A DNA stretch of 64,000 nucleotides from Nitrospina sp. UBA6727 (lineage in GTDB: Bacteria; Nitrospinota; Nitrospinia; Nitrospinales; VA-1): NCBI GenBank assembly GCA_002454045.1, contig DKID01000024.1, positions 2,283 to 66,282 on the forward strand, read 5' to 3'. Positions 29,927 to 39,374 of this stretch are shown piece after piece (within the stretch, counting starts at the first letter, position 1; each line of letters opens with the position of its first letter). Position numbers and translations under genes: made by a program. The notes under the pieces were generated by a model. The model did no database searches, had not been told where the DNA came from, and saw nothing but the letters and a program-made list of their open reading frames with translations.

Positions 29927-30880
29927 ATGCCAAGTCCAAGAAAAAAAATTACGGTAGTCGGCGCGGGACAAGTTGGTTCCACCGTCGCCCAGTTGACCGC
30001 GTATAGAAACCTCGGCGATATAGTAATCATCGATATCATCGATGGCATCCCGCAAGGGAAGGCGTTGGACTTGCAAGAGTCGAGTTGCTTGCAAGCCTTT
30101 GATAGCTTGGTGACGGGGACGAACGATTATAAAGACACCGCAAATTCCGACATCGTAGTGATCACCGCCGGCTTGCCCCGTAAGCCCGGCATGAGCCGTG
30201 ACGACCTGCTCGCCACCAACGCGAAAATTGTGCAATCGGTGACGGAGCAAATCATGCAACATTCCCGCAGCCCGATTATCATCGTCGTGTCAAACCCGCT
30301 CGACGCAATGGTGTACATGACCAAAAAAACCAGCAACCTGCCCAAGAACAAAATCATCGGCATGGCCGGCGTGCTCGACTCGGCGCGCTTGCGGACTTTC
30401 GTTTCGCTGGAGTTAGGATGCTCGCTGGTCGACGTCGACGCGATGGTGCTCGGCGGGCACGGCGACTCAATGGTTCCGTTGCCCCGCTACACTTCGGTGT
30501 CGGGAATCCCAATCACCGAATTGATGACGCAGGAACAAATCGACCGCGTGATAGAACGCACACGAAAAGGCGGGGCGGAAATCGTCCAACTAATCAAAAC
30601 CAGTAGCGCCTTCTACGCACCCGGCGCCTCCGTCGTAAAAATGATCGAAGTAATTTTACAAGACAAACGTTCCATCCTCCCGTGCACCGCCTACCTAGAA
30701 GGAGAATACGGATGGAACAAAATATTCTTCGGCGTTCCCGTCATGATGGGAAGTCAGGGCATTGAAAAAATCATCGAACTGAAAATGAACGACGAAGAAA
30801 AAGCCGCGTTAGATGCGTCCGCGCGAGAAGTAAAAAAAACCTGCAACGAAATAGACGCCATGCTGGCGCAATCCAACTAA
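29927..30880 (+). CDS. mdh: malate dehydrogenase (LDH-like family)
   Basis: [37 protein letters not shown] and GGHGDSMVP. Confidence 0.95.
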   Translation: MPSPRKKITVVGAGQVGSTVAQLTAYRNLGDIVIIDIIDGIPQGKALDLQESSCLQAFDSLVTGTNDYKDTANSDIVVITAGLPRKPGMSRDDLLATNAKIVQSVTEQIMQHSRSPIIIVVSNPLDAMVYMTKKTSNLPKNKIIGMAGVLDSARLRTFVSLELGCSLVDVDAMVLGGHGDSMVPLPRYTSVSGIPITELMTQEQIDRVIERTRKGGAEIVQLIKTSSAFYAPGASVVKMIEVILQDKRSILPCTAYLEGEYGWNKIFFGVPVMMGSQGIEKIIELKMNDEEKAALDASAREVKKTCNEIDAMLAQSN

Positions 30881-30900
30881 AAGGAAACACCCGCATATTT

Positions 30901-30982
30901 CCACCGCCCGCCGCACCACAACGACGGTGACGACGGCGCGTTCCTTTGCCGCCGCACCGCGACCAGCCCGCCGGCCCGCCGT
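30901..30982. repeat. GACGG/CCGCC-rich patch (member 7)
   Basis: ccaccgcccgccgcaccacaacgacggtgacgacggcgcgttcctttgccgccgcaccgcgaccagcccgccggcccgccgt, just 3' of mdh. Confidence 0.55.
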
Positions 30983-31116
30983 GATAATCCGCATGAAAAA
31001 TAAAAATGACGACGCGCGCGCGAAGTGAGCGGGGAAATTTTCAGCACGCTTGATTAGAAAAAACATATTTGCTAAAGTCGCCGAACATGACTGATTGAAA
31101 CTGACCGCGGGGATTT

Positions 31117-31749
31117 TTGATGATTAGAAAAAACGTTCGGGCTTACGCGTTGTTTGCAGTTGCGTCGTTTTGTGTTGCCGCGCAAGGGTTTGCGGAATCG
31201 CGCATCACCGCGGATTTGAAGGGAACCATCGACGAGGTTCTGGAAATTATCGCCGACAAAAGTCTCGAAAGAAATCCGACCGCAAGAAGGGAAAAACTGC
31301 GCCGCGCGATTGGTGCGCGTTTCAGTTACAAGCAAATGGTGATGCGCACTCTCGCCAAAAATTATAAAGAGCGAAGCGACGCGGAGCGCGAAGAGTTCAC
31401 CGTGCTTTTCAAAAGACTGCTGGAAAATTCCTACGTCAGCAAAATTGAAAGTTATCAGAGCGAAACCATCAACTACGTCAGCGAAAAGGTTAGAGGAAAA
31501 TATGCTTTGGTCGAAACGCAAATCGTCCGCAAAGCCGGCGTGGTCCGCGTTGATTACAAAATGCTCAAAGAAAATGATCAGTGGCTGATTTACGACTTCG
31601 TGATAGAAGGGGTCAGCCTGGTCCGCAATTATCGCTCCCAGTTTTCCAAAATAATCAGCACCGAATCCTACGCAACCCTGGTTAAAAAACTAAGCAAAAA
31701 GGTCGCGGAGATCGAAGTCAAAGGATTGGCGGCGGGGGAAAACTTCTGA
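31117..31749 (+). CDS. MlaC/Ttg2D-family lipid-binding periplasmic protein (HpnM-like)
   Basis: Signal peptide, then a pattern typical of toluene-tolerance Ttg2D/MlaC proteins (..FSYKQMVMRTLAKNYKERSDAEREEF..LLENSYVSKI..WLIYDFVIEGVSLVRNYRSQF). Confidence 0.75.
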   Translation: MMIRKNVRAYALFAVASFCVAAQGFAESRITADLKGTIDEVLEIIADKSLERNPTARREKLRRAIGARFSYKQMVMRTLAKNYKERSDAEREEFTVLFKRLLENSYVSKIESYQSETINYVSEKVRGKYALVETQIVRKAGVVRVDYKMLKENDQWLIYDFVIEGVSLVRNYRSQFSKIISTESYATLVKKLSKKVAEIEVKGLAAGENF

Positions 31750-31805
31750 GAAATTCCGGCACGGCGGCGCGCGTCATCAAAAGCTCCGCTCCCACACGCA
31801 TTGAC

Positions 31806-32777
31806 TTGGCGGGGGGAACGCTGGACATCTGGCCGCTGCATCTTTTTTTTGACAACCCTCCCACCCTCAACGCCGCCATCGACCTTTACGCCACGGTAAA
31901 AATCCTGCCGCGAAAAGACAAGCGGATATTTTTAACTTCGGGCGACTCGGATTTGAGCGCCAACTTTTCCTCGTTGCGCGCAGTTCCAGACCATCACCCT
32001 TTGGAACTTATTTTGCGCACGCTGAAGTTCTACCAACCAAAAATGGGATTAGAAATATTCACGGACTGCCAGGCGCCGCGCGGGTCGGGCATCGGCGGCT
32101 CCTCCGCTTTGAGCATCGCGTTGCACGGGGCTCTCAATCTTTTAACAGGTCGAAGTTACCGCGGAGACGAGATGATAGAAATCGCCAAAAATATCGAGAC
32201 GCAAGTCATCAAAGTTCCCGCGGGAATTCAGGATTATTATCCGGCGATGTATGGCGGAGTAAGAAAAGTTTTGCCCGGCATCCGCAAAACCGAGACGCGC
32301 AAGTATGCCGTAAGCCCCGCGGAACTGACCCGACATTTCGTCCTGTGCTACACGGGCAAGCCCAGAAATTCGGGGGTCAATAATTGGGAGGTGACGAAAA
32401 AAGCCGTGGACGGCGACAAGGCGGTGGTCGGTCACTTGCAATCCATTCGGGATTGCGCGGTGGAAATGGAGTTGGCGTTGAGCCGCGGACATCTTAAAAG
32501 TTTGGCGCCGATTTTTTCCCGCGAGTGGGAAGCGCGAAAAAAGTTGGCGCCGAACATCAGCACTCCGCGGATAGACCAGTTGATGCGCGCCGCGCGGAGA
32601 AAGGGCGCGCTGGCTGGAAAAGTTTGCGGTGCCGGCGGCGGCGGGTGCATCGCCTTCATCGTGCCGCCAACCAAAAAAAAGTCCGTGACGGAAGCACTCA
32701 TTTCAAAAGGAGGACAGGTGCTGCCGTTTCGTTTCGTCGCCCGCGGTCTTCGCGCCGCGGTGGATTTGTCAGCGTAG
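31806..32777 (+). CDS. GHMP-family sugar/small-molecule kinase (true start probably upstream of the first canonical start codon)
   Basis: GHMP motif II PRGSGIGGSSALSIAL and motif III GAGGGGCIAFIV. The in-frame upstream codons (31770-31805) encode RVIKSSAPTRID, which looks like the conserved GHMP N-terminus, but the frame has no ATG/GTG/TTG before TTG 31806. Confidence 0.75.
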   Translation: MAGGTLDIWPLHLFFDNPPTLNAAIDLYATVKILPRKDKRIFLTSGDSDLSANFSSLRAVPDHHPLELILRTLKFYQPKMGLEIFTDCQAPRGSGIGGSSALSIALHGALNLLTGRSYRGDEMIEIAKNIETQVIKVPAGIQDYYPAMYGGVRKVLPGIRKTETRKYAVSPAELTRHFVLCYTGKPRNSGVNNWEVTKKAVDGDKAVVGHLQSIRDCAVEMELALSRGHLKSLAPIFSREWEARKKLAPNISTPRIDQLMRAARRKGALAGKVCGAGGGGCIAFIVPPTKKKSVTEALISKGGQVLPFRFVARGLRAAVDLSA

Positions 32778-32795
32778 TTGTCGGCGGACAAAAAA

Positions 32796-35321
32796 TTATT
32801 TTGGCGCGACAGGATTTTGCCCGCTCGCTTCCGCACCTAATGGTTTGCAAACGGTGAGCAAAAGAGGAAGCAGGGTGAGGGCGCCGATTAGGGCGACGAC
32901 CATCGCCGTGCCGGTCAGCAAACCAAAATAGATGGTGGGCATGAACTCCGAAAGCGCCAGAATTGAAAAGCCGAGCGTGATCGTCACCGACGTGTAATAC
33001 ATGGCTTTGCCGATGCTCCCGTGGCATCGGTTCATCGACGCCAAATAATTTCGGTCAACCTTGTATTCAGTTTGAAACCGATGGATGTAATGGATGGTGT
33101 TGTCCACGGCGATTCCCAACGTGATGGCCGCGATGGTAATCGTCATCATGTCCAGAGGAATGTTCAGCCAGCCCATGATGCCCAACACCGTTCCCGCCGC
33201 CAAAAGATTGGGGACGATCCCGATAACCGCGAGGGATAAACTCTTAAACAAAATCATGAACATAATCATGATGGCGAAGAAGACGACGCCGATGGTGAGA
33301 ATCTGCGACCGATACAGGCTCTGCAGCATGTTGCTATACAGCACCACCATCCCGGTGAATTGGATAGTCCCGGAATCAAACTTTAATTCTTCGACGAGAT
33401 GGCCGCGAATTTTTTCGATCAGTTGCAAACGTTTCAGGTTGGGGTCGGACTCTATCAACCTCATGTTGATATGAATCTGGTTGGCGTCCGCGGACAGGTA
33501 AGGGTTGACCAGAGAATCCTTAACGCTTTCCGGCATGAGTTTGCGGATGAGCACCAGATCATAATCGTCCAACGCGCGGTCGTTACTTAGTTGGGTGAAG
33601 ACTTTGATCAAGGTAGATATGGACTGGACTTTGCCCACCTCTGGCAGGCTTTCCAGGTAGTCATGAATTTTTTCTACTCGGTCAAGCATGTCGGTGTTGA
33701 ACCAATAATTTATTTCCGCCGCTTCCGATTCCTCCGCGAAAGGGTCATCAAAATCTTCCGCCGCCGCAATTTTTTTCTCGTTGACTTCTGCGAGGTAATC
33801 AAAAAACTTTTGGTCTGGATTCATGATGATGTCGAGAGGCGTGGTGCCTCCCAACTTCTGGTCGATGACTTCCATTCCGCGATAAATTTCTGTACTGCTT
33901 TTGAAGTGATCGATGAATCGGTTTTCCACCGTCAGTTTGGAAACTCCCATCACGCTCGCCGCGGCCAGTAACAACGCGCTGCAGAGGATGGCGTTGCGAT
34001 TGCGATTTGTAAATGCGGCAATGGACAGGGTGAAAGTTTTTGTTCTGTCCTTCCCGGCACCGGGAGTCTCAGGATTTAAAAGCACCAGCGCCGCCGGGAA
34101 AAAAATGAAAATCAAAATGAACGCCAGAGAAATTCCGCTGGTCATCATCCAACCGAAATCTATAACAGGACGGATGCCGCTGACTAAGAGAGAACAAAAA
34201 GCGACGATGGTTGTGATCGCGGTATAAAAACAAGGCCTAATCATAAGACGCACCGTTTGCCAGACCAACTCCTTCTGACTTTGGCCGGGGTTGTTTTCAT
34301 TCAAACCTTGATACCTCACGATCAAATGCACAGTCAGGGACATGGTGATGATGAGCAAAATGGAAATGAAGTTAGAAGAAATAACTGTCACCCGCCAATC
34401 CATCAATCCTAAATAGCCCACCATCACCAAGACGGCGATGACGCAGCAACTCACGGGCAACACCACCCAACGCAGTCTCCTGAAAAACAGGCTGAGCATC
34501 AGAACGAGGAAGGCGATGACACCCACGCCAAAAGTTTTCAAATCGTTTTTGATGAAGTCAATCATGTCCGTGGTGATCATGGGGATTCCGCCGAGGAACA
34601 TCTCCGCGTGGTCGCGATGCCGGTCCATAATTTCGCGGACGGCTTGAATGGTTTTGTCCTCTTCATCCAGAAACTTGGCGTGGTAGTCGCGGAATTTCTG
34701 ACGGGCTTCGGCAAGCATTGCCTCTTCTTCCGCGCTGAGGCCGGATGCCTCTTTCTTGTCGCGCAGATTGTTGCGCCGATACAAAAGCGAAAAGTATTTT
34801 TCATCGCGCTTGAAATTGACGCGGAGGATTGTAACTTTTCCATCCGGACTCAATAATAAGTTTTTATAAATGGGACTTTCCAAAAATTCCCGGCGGGCTA
34901 GTTCACGGTCCACGCCGCGAGTTTCCAAGGTGCGAATGTCCGTGGCCAATTTGGATATTTCCACGCGCGGGCTGTTCAGCAGGGGAACGTTGAGGATGCT
35001 GTCCGTGGAGCGAACTCGGTCCAAGCGCGTAAGTTCATCGCTCATCAATTTCAAATCCGCCAACACTTCGTCGGACATCAAATCTTTGAACGGGGCGTAA
35101 GTGATGAGCAGGAAGTCATCGGCGCCGTAAGACTTGTTGACTTCGCGGTAATATTGCAGGGCGTTATCGTTTTCCAGAACCAGCGATTCGGCGGAGGCGT
35201 CGAGTTTGAAGTTTGGGATGTGATAAGAAAAATAACCCACGACCAGAAAAACCACCGTCAGGCTGGCGAAAGGTTTTTCGATTACCCATCTCCGATAGGC
35301 GCTGGCAAATAAATTCAGCAA
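32796..35321 (-). CDS. RND-superfamily MMPL/HpnN-like transporter
   Basis: 841 aa with two bundles of six TM helices, each preceded by a large loop. Sterol-sensing-domain-like segments, typical of MMPL/HpnN exporters. Confidence 0.8.
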   Translation of the reverse strand: MLNLFASAYRRWVIEKPFASLTVVFLVVGYFSYHIPNFKLDASAESLVLENDNALQYYREVNKSYGADDFLLITYAPFKDLMSDEVLADLKLMSDELTRLDRVRSTDSILNVPLLNSPRVEISKLATDIRTLETRGVDRELARREFLESPIYKNLLLSPDGKVTILRVNFKRDEKYFSLLYRRNNLRDKKEASGLSAEEEAMLAEARQKFRDYHAKFLDEEDKTIQAVREIMDRHRDHAEMFLGGIPMITTDMIDFIKNDLKTFGVGVIAFLVLMLSLFFRRLRWVVLPVSCCVIAVLVMVGYLGLMDWRVTVISSNFISILLIITMSLTVHLIVRYQGLNENNPGQSQKELVWQTVRLMIRPCFYTAITTIVAFCSLLVSGIRPVIDFGWMMTSGISLAFILIFIFFPAALVLLNPETPGAGKDRTKTFTLSIAAFTNRNRNAILCSALLLAAASVMGVSKLTVENRFIDHFKSSTEIYRGMEVIDQKLGGTTPLDIIMNPDQKFFDYLAEVNEKKIAAAEDFDDPFAEESEAAEINYWFNTDMLDRVEKIHDYLESLPEVGKVQSISTLIKVFTQLSNDRALDDYDLVLIRKLMPESVKDSLVNPYLSADANQIHINMRLIESDPNLKRLQLIEKIRGHLVEELKFDSGTIQFTGMVVLYSNMLQSLYRSQILTIGVVFFAIMIMFMILFKSLSLAVIGIVPNLLAAGTVLGIMGWLNIPLDMMTITIAAITLGIAVDNTIHYIHRFQTEYKVDRNYLASMNRCHGSIGKAMYYTSVTITLGFSILALSEFMPTIYFGLLTGTAMVVALIGALTLLPLLLTVCKPLGAEASGQNPVAPK

Positions 35322-35479
35322 GAAGAAAATCCTGTTCTGATCGCGCGTAACGACGCGGACAAAAAGAGGGGCAGTGTATATTCATCGTGCACAATCTTCA
35401 ATGTAATTTGTCGGCGGAAACTTTCTGGTCGTGTTAGCCTGAGGCACTGTATTTTTTCAATCATCACGGTAAACATTTC

Positions 35480-36169
35480 ATGGGTTCTTCCCCGGCGCTG
35501 AAATATTTCATCATCGTCATCGTAACCGCGGGGATGGGATTTTCCGTCTGGTTCCTGCCGCATGACGAAAAAATAAAAGCGGCGGCGGAGTCCATCACCA
35601 CGCCGATTGATGCCGACGACGAAGCCGGTCGCCACTTGCAACAAGCATCGGAAAATTTTTTCTATCACGAGTTTGACCGCGCCATCGAAAGTTATGGCAA
35701 AGCCATCGCGGCTTTTGAAAAAGAAAACCAATTCAAAAAAGCGGCAAAAATTTATGAGTCCATCGGCGACCTGTATAAGTTTCGCAGGAATCTTAAAGCC
35801 GCGGAGGCGCAATACATTCTGGCTATGGAATACCACCGCCGAATTGACAATCCACTGGGCGAAGCGCGCGCCATGAACCACGCCGGCGATTTGTTTATGG
35901 AACGCGGCGATGACGCAACGGCGGAAGTTTGGTATCGCAAAGGCGTGGCGTTGGTGAAGGAAGGTCCGCCTCACCAGAACCAAGCATTGTTGTTCGAGAA
36001 CATGGGACGTTTTTACTGGAAGACCAAAGAAGATATTCCCGAGGCAATCATCTGGTACACGCACACCCGCGATGTTTTTTCCGCGTTGGAAAACCAGATG
36101 GGCTACGACCATATAAGCGCCGTGTTGAATCAACTCCGCCACCGTAACGCCGGACAAAAATTGCAATAG
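35480..36169 (+). CDS. membrane-anchored TPR-repeat protein
   Basis: N-terminal TM segment (YFIIVIVTAGMGFSVWFL), then TPR-like repeats (AIESYGKAIAAFEKENQFKKAAKIYESIGDLY...AEAQYILAMEY..ARAMNHAGDLFMERGD..AEVWYRKGVAL). Confidence 0.7.
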   Translation: MGSSPALKYFIIVIVTAGMGFSVWFLPHDEKIKAAAESITTPIDADDEAGRHLQQASENFFYHEFDRAIESYGKAIAAFEKENQFKKAAKIYESIGDLYKFRRNLKAAEAQYILAMEYHRRIDNPLGEARAMNHAGDLFMERGDDATAEVWYRKGVALVKEGPPHQNQALLFENMGRFYWKTKEDIPEAIIWYTHTRDVFSALENQMGYDHISAVLNQLRHRNAGQKLQ

Positions 36170-36213
36170 CACTTTGGCTGGCAAACGTTCGCGCGACACG
36201 GGGAGCAATGCAC

Positions 36214-36296
36214 GCTGCGCCGCATCGCGCCTCGCCGCAACGACGGTGACGGCGGGGTGTCGCGACGGGGAGGGTGTCGGCGATGGGCGGCGGTTG
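36214..36296. repeat. GACGG-rich patch (member 8)
   Basis: gctgcgccgcatcgcgcctcgccgcaacgacggtgacggcggggtgtcgcgacggggagggtgtcggcgatgggcggcggttg, 3' of the TPR gene. Confidence 0.65.
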
Positions 36297-36513
36297 CGTT
36301 TTACTTACAAACCATTTGCATGGGAATCATATTTTGAACTTTAAAACTTTGCTCTTGCTATGCGGCTTGGCGGGGATGCTGTATCTGCTGTGGCCGTTCA
36401 TCACGCTGGTCATCAAGGTTTATATTTACAGGCTGATCATCGACTACGGATTTTATTTTCTTCTTCTCTTCGCGGGAGTTGGTTTCTATTTTTGGCGGCG
36501 ACTCAAAAGTTAA
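36274..36513 (+). CDS. possible small membrane protein (start uncertain)
   Basis: The C-terminal two-thirds are strongly hydrophobic (LLLLCGLAGMLYLLWPFITLVIKVYIY..FYFLLLFAGVGFYFW). The N-terminal part overlaps a GACGG patch, and no clear SD was found. Confidence 0.35.
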   Translation: MSAMGGGCVLLTNHLHGNHILNFKTLLLLCGLAGMLYLLWPFITLVIKVYIYRLIIDYGFYFLLLFAGVGFYFWRRLKS

Positions 36514-36531
36514 TTCCCCATCCCCACTTTT

Positions 36532-36837
36532 CTAAGAGGTGCCTTCCTCGCTGGAAGACTCGTTGGTCGCGGGGTCGTCCCCGGCGGCGGCGTGGTTTTC
36601 ATCCATGAAGCGGCCCGCCATGCTGTGCAAATCTTTTTTGTTGCGCTGTATCTTTTGCAGGAGCGTGCGGGTTTCTTCATCCGGGAACAAATCGTTGAGG
36701 TCGCCCTCTTCTTCCGGGAACACCGCGTTGAGGTCGATTGCGTCCGGCGGCGGGACGAGCGGTTGTTCGTCCTCGCTGATGTTGACGGCGGATTTCGGTG
36801 CCGGCGTCGGCGGATTTTGCTTCGTCGTTTCGTTCAT
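36532..36837 (-). CDS. acidic hypothetical protein
   Basis: 101 aa with an ATG start and an internal quasi-repeat DLNAVFPEEEGDLNDLFPDEE. No recognisable domain. Confidence 0.5.
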   Translation of the reverse strand: MNETTKQNPPTPAPKSAVNISEDEQPLVPPPDAIDLNAVFPEEEGDLNDLFPDEETRTLLQKIQRNKKDLHSMAGRFMDENHAAAGDDPATNESSSEEGTS

Positions 36838-36912
36838 GTCCGAGACTCCATAAAAATTCCGTGTTGCACGATAATTGAAATTACTGTTGCACCAAACGCC
36901 GTGCTGCGCTGA

Positions 36913-37491
36913 TTAATAGCGGGCGAGCCAGATGCCGAGAAACATGGCGGCGGCGACCATCCACAATGTTATCTGACTCAAACCGATCATCTTCTTGATG
37001 GTTTGCGGAACTAATTTTTTGCCGGCGGGATTTAAGTCGAGGTCGGCGATGCGAACTCGTAGCGAGAAAGTCATATACATGCTCGGGAAAAACGCCAACG
37101 CCACGAACAACATTTTGACGCCGAACAAATTGTAGTAACCGGGTTTGAGTCCAGACTGCGCCGTGTAGTTTTCGAGCAGGTAATAAACTCCCGACCCGAT
37201 GAGAATGAGAATGCTGGCGAACGTGGTGGGAGTCAATAGGTTGAGGATTTTGTAAGCCGGCGAGTTTTCGTCGCGGTCGTCGTCACTGCCGATGTCATTC
37301 CCCCCCGCGCGCCCCCCGTCACCGTCGCCGCGGTCGCCGTCATCATCGCGTCGCCGTGATGTCATCGTCACCGTCGCGCCGTCGCGGTTTTTCTCCGCCG
37401 CTGGCAGATAAACCATCAAGCAATAGATGAGGCTACCCAGCACCGTCGCCGCCGCCAACTGGTGTATGAAGATGATGATGACGTTCGTCAT
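36913..37491 (-). CDS. integral membrane protein with a low-complexity D/G/R loop
   Basis: Start taken at MTNVIIIFIHQLAAATVLG (ATG 37491, 11 nt after the pepA stop). About four TM segments. The loop TSRRRDDDGDRGDGDGGRAGGNDIGSDDDRDE is encoded by a GACGG patch. Confidence 0.6.
   Translation of the reverse strand: MTNVIIIFIHQLAAATVLGSLIYCLMVYLPAAEKNRDGATVTMTSRRRDDDGDRGDGDGGRAGGNDIGSDDDRDENSPAYKILNLLTPTTFASILILIGSGVYYLLENYTAQSGLKPGYYNLFGVKMLFVALAFFPSMYMTFSLRVRIADLDLNPAGKKLVPQTIKKMIGLSQITLWMVAAAMFLGIWLARY
37268..37388. repeat. GACGG-rich patch (member 9), inside a membrane-protein ORF
   Basis: ...gtcactgccgatgtcattcccccccgcgcgccccccgtcaccgtcgccgcggtcgccgtcatcatcgcgtcgccgtgatgtcatcgtcaccgtcgcgccgtcgcgg. 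Confidence 0.65.
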
Positions 37492-37502
37492 GGGTGTTGC
37501 GT

Positions 37503-39032
37503 TCAGCGTCCGCGCTGTTCCAAATAACGGACGAGCAAACGCACGCCGTATCCCGATGCGCCTTTTGTGGTGTAGGGTTTTTCTTCTCCCCATGCGGTGC
37601 CGGCGATGTCGATATGTGTCCACGGTTGGTCGCCGGCGAAAGGTTTGAGGAACGCGGCGCCCATGATGGTACCGGCTCCAACTCCGGGGGCGGCGATATT
37701 TTTGAAATCGGCGATATCACTTTTGACCGCCTTGTCGAATTCTTCCCACAGAGGAAGTTCCCACACCCGCTCGCCGGTTGCGTCGCTGGCTTCTCGCAAG
37801 CGGGCGATCATGCTGGCGTTGTTGCCTATCACCGCGGCGGCTTGATGGCCTAGTGCCGCGATTACCGCGCCGGTCAAGGTCGCCAAGTCGATCACCTCTT
37901 TTGGTTTATAACGTTGGGCGTAAGTCAGCGCGTCGGCGAGAACCAACCTGCCTTCGGCGTCGGTATTGAGTACCTCTATCGTCTTGCCCGACATGCTTTG
38001 CAAAATATCCCCGGGTTTGATGGCGGAACCGCCGGGCATATTTTCCGCGGCGGGAACGATGCCGATGATGTTGGCGGGTATTCGCAAACTGGAAACTGCC
38101 TGCAAAGTTGCCAACGTGGCGGCGGCGCCGGACATATCCATCTTCATCTCGTCCATGTTCGCAGAGGGTTTGAGCGAAATGCCGCCGGTGTCGAAGGTGA
38201 TGCCTTTGCCGATAATCACGGTCGGGGATTTCTTTTTGGAGGTCCCGTAATATTCCAGCACGATCAATGCTGGCGGTTCGTGGCTACCGCGGGACACGCC
38301 GAGCAGAGCGCCCATGCCGAGTTTTTCCATTTCCACTTTGCCCAGCACCTTGCAAGTGATTTTGTTTTTGCGCGCCATTTTTTTCGCGTGGGCGGCGAGG
38401 AAGGTGGGCGTCACCGTGTTGCTGGGATGGGATATCAAATCTCGCGCGGAATGTACGGCACTGATAATTTTTTCCGCGCGGGCGATGGATTTCCCCACGA
38501 CTGTCTGCCGAGTTTTCGCGGCGGGGATAAGAGCCAGATGCGTGACTCGGCTTGGCGGCCCGTCTTTTTCGTCCGCGGATTTGTAGGCGTCAAAATGATA
38601 AAGCGCGAGACCGGCGCCTTCCGCGACGGCTTCCGAAAGTTCGCCGTAGAGTTTCCCTTTTCCTTTAACGATTTGATCGAAGCAGCACTCGTTCAAAAAA
38701 ACCGCGATGGATTTGAAGTTGGATTTTTCCGCCACCTTCGCCGCGATTCCCGAAGCTTGGCGGATTTTTTCCGGCGTCACCTCTTTAGCTTTTCCCACGC
38801 CGACCAAAAGCAGGTTGTCCGCTTTCATCAAGCCGGTGCTGTTTAACAGAAGGGTTTGGTTGCGTTCTCCCGTGAACCGTTTTTTTTCAAACGCCGCAGT
38901 TATCGCGCCGTTGAGGGCGGCGTCCATGGTCTGCACCGTGCCGCGCAGTTTTTTTTCGTCCGCGCAGGGGAGGATCAGGCATTCCGTTTTATGCCCAAGG
39001 GGCTTGTCGAATTTTTGATTTATCTTTATCAT
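37503..39032 (-). CDS. pepA: leucyl aminopeptidase (M17)
   Basis: GKGITFDTGGISLKP, NTDAEGRLVLADAL and DLATLTGA. Confidence 0.95.
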   Translation of the reverse strand: MIKINQKFDKPLGHKTECLILPCADEKKLRGTVQTMDAALNGAITAAFEKKRFTGERNQTLLLNSTGLMKADNLLLVGVGKAKEVTPEKIRQASGIAAKVAEKSNFKSIAVFLNECCFDQIVKGKGKLYGELSEAVAEGAGLALYHFDAYKSADEKDGPPSRVTHLALIPAAKTRQTVVGKSIARAEKIISAVHSARDLISHPSNTVTPTFLAAHAKKMARKNKITCKVLGKVEMEKLGMGALLGVSRGSHEPPALIVLEYYGTSKKKSPTVIIGKGITFDTGGISLKPSANMDEMKMDMSGAAATLATLQAVSSLRIPANIIGIVPAAENMPGGSAIKPGDILQSMSGKTIEVLNTDAEGRLVLADALTYAQRYKPKEVIDLATLTGAVIAALGHQAAAVIGNNASMIARLREASDATGERVWELPLWEEFDKAVKSDIADFKNIAAPGVGAGTIMGAAFLKPFAGDQPWTHIDIAGTAWGEEKPYTTKGASGYGVRLLVRYLEQRGR

Positions 39033-39267
39033 AGTGTCCCTTCATAAAATAAAACTAGACGGCGAACAACATCGGCAAAATGGATAGCGCGGACCCGATG
39101 AGTACGTTATACTCCCTCGATACTAGCAGGAGTCCTTCCCAGATGAAAATGATATTGTGAGGTGCGGGGTAGCGTACGCGATTTTTGGCGGCAATGAGCC
39201 TTGGGCAAATCCAACTTTTGCGCAAATGGTTTTTTAGAATGGATGGAATTTTCTTGGGTTTTATGAC

Positions 39268-39299
39268 ACACTGCCGCGTCTGGGCGGTGTTGCTTTTTT
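39268..39299 (+). terminator. intrinsic-terminator-like hairpin in the leader of the NuoF-like gene
   Basis: An 8-bp stem ACACTGCC/GGCGGTGT (one G-U pair) with the 7-nt loop GCGTCTG, followed by TGCTTTTTT. It lies 75 nt upstream of ATG 39375. Confidence 0.55.
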
Positions 39300-39374
39300 C
39301 GGTTGGACGCTGGGGCGATTGAAATTATAATCCGATAAAGTTTTCGGGAACGATGGGAATCAAGGAGGCTGTTG

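Noticed and set aside
35315-36208. 297-aa ORF on the minus strand
   Set aside because: It is fully antisense to the TPR-protein gene (35480-36169) and overlaps the RND transporter start. Its composition (F/R/V/H-rich, no motifs) is typical of a shadow ORF in GC-rich DNA.
37914-38846. 310-aa ORF on the plus strand
   Set aside because: It is antisense to pepA, whose M17 motifs are unambiguous.
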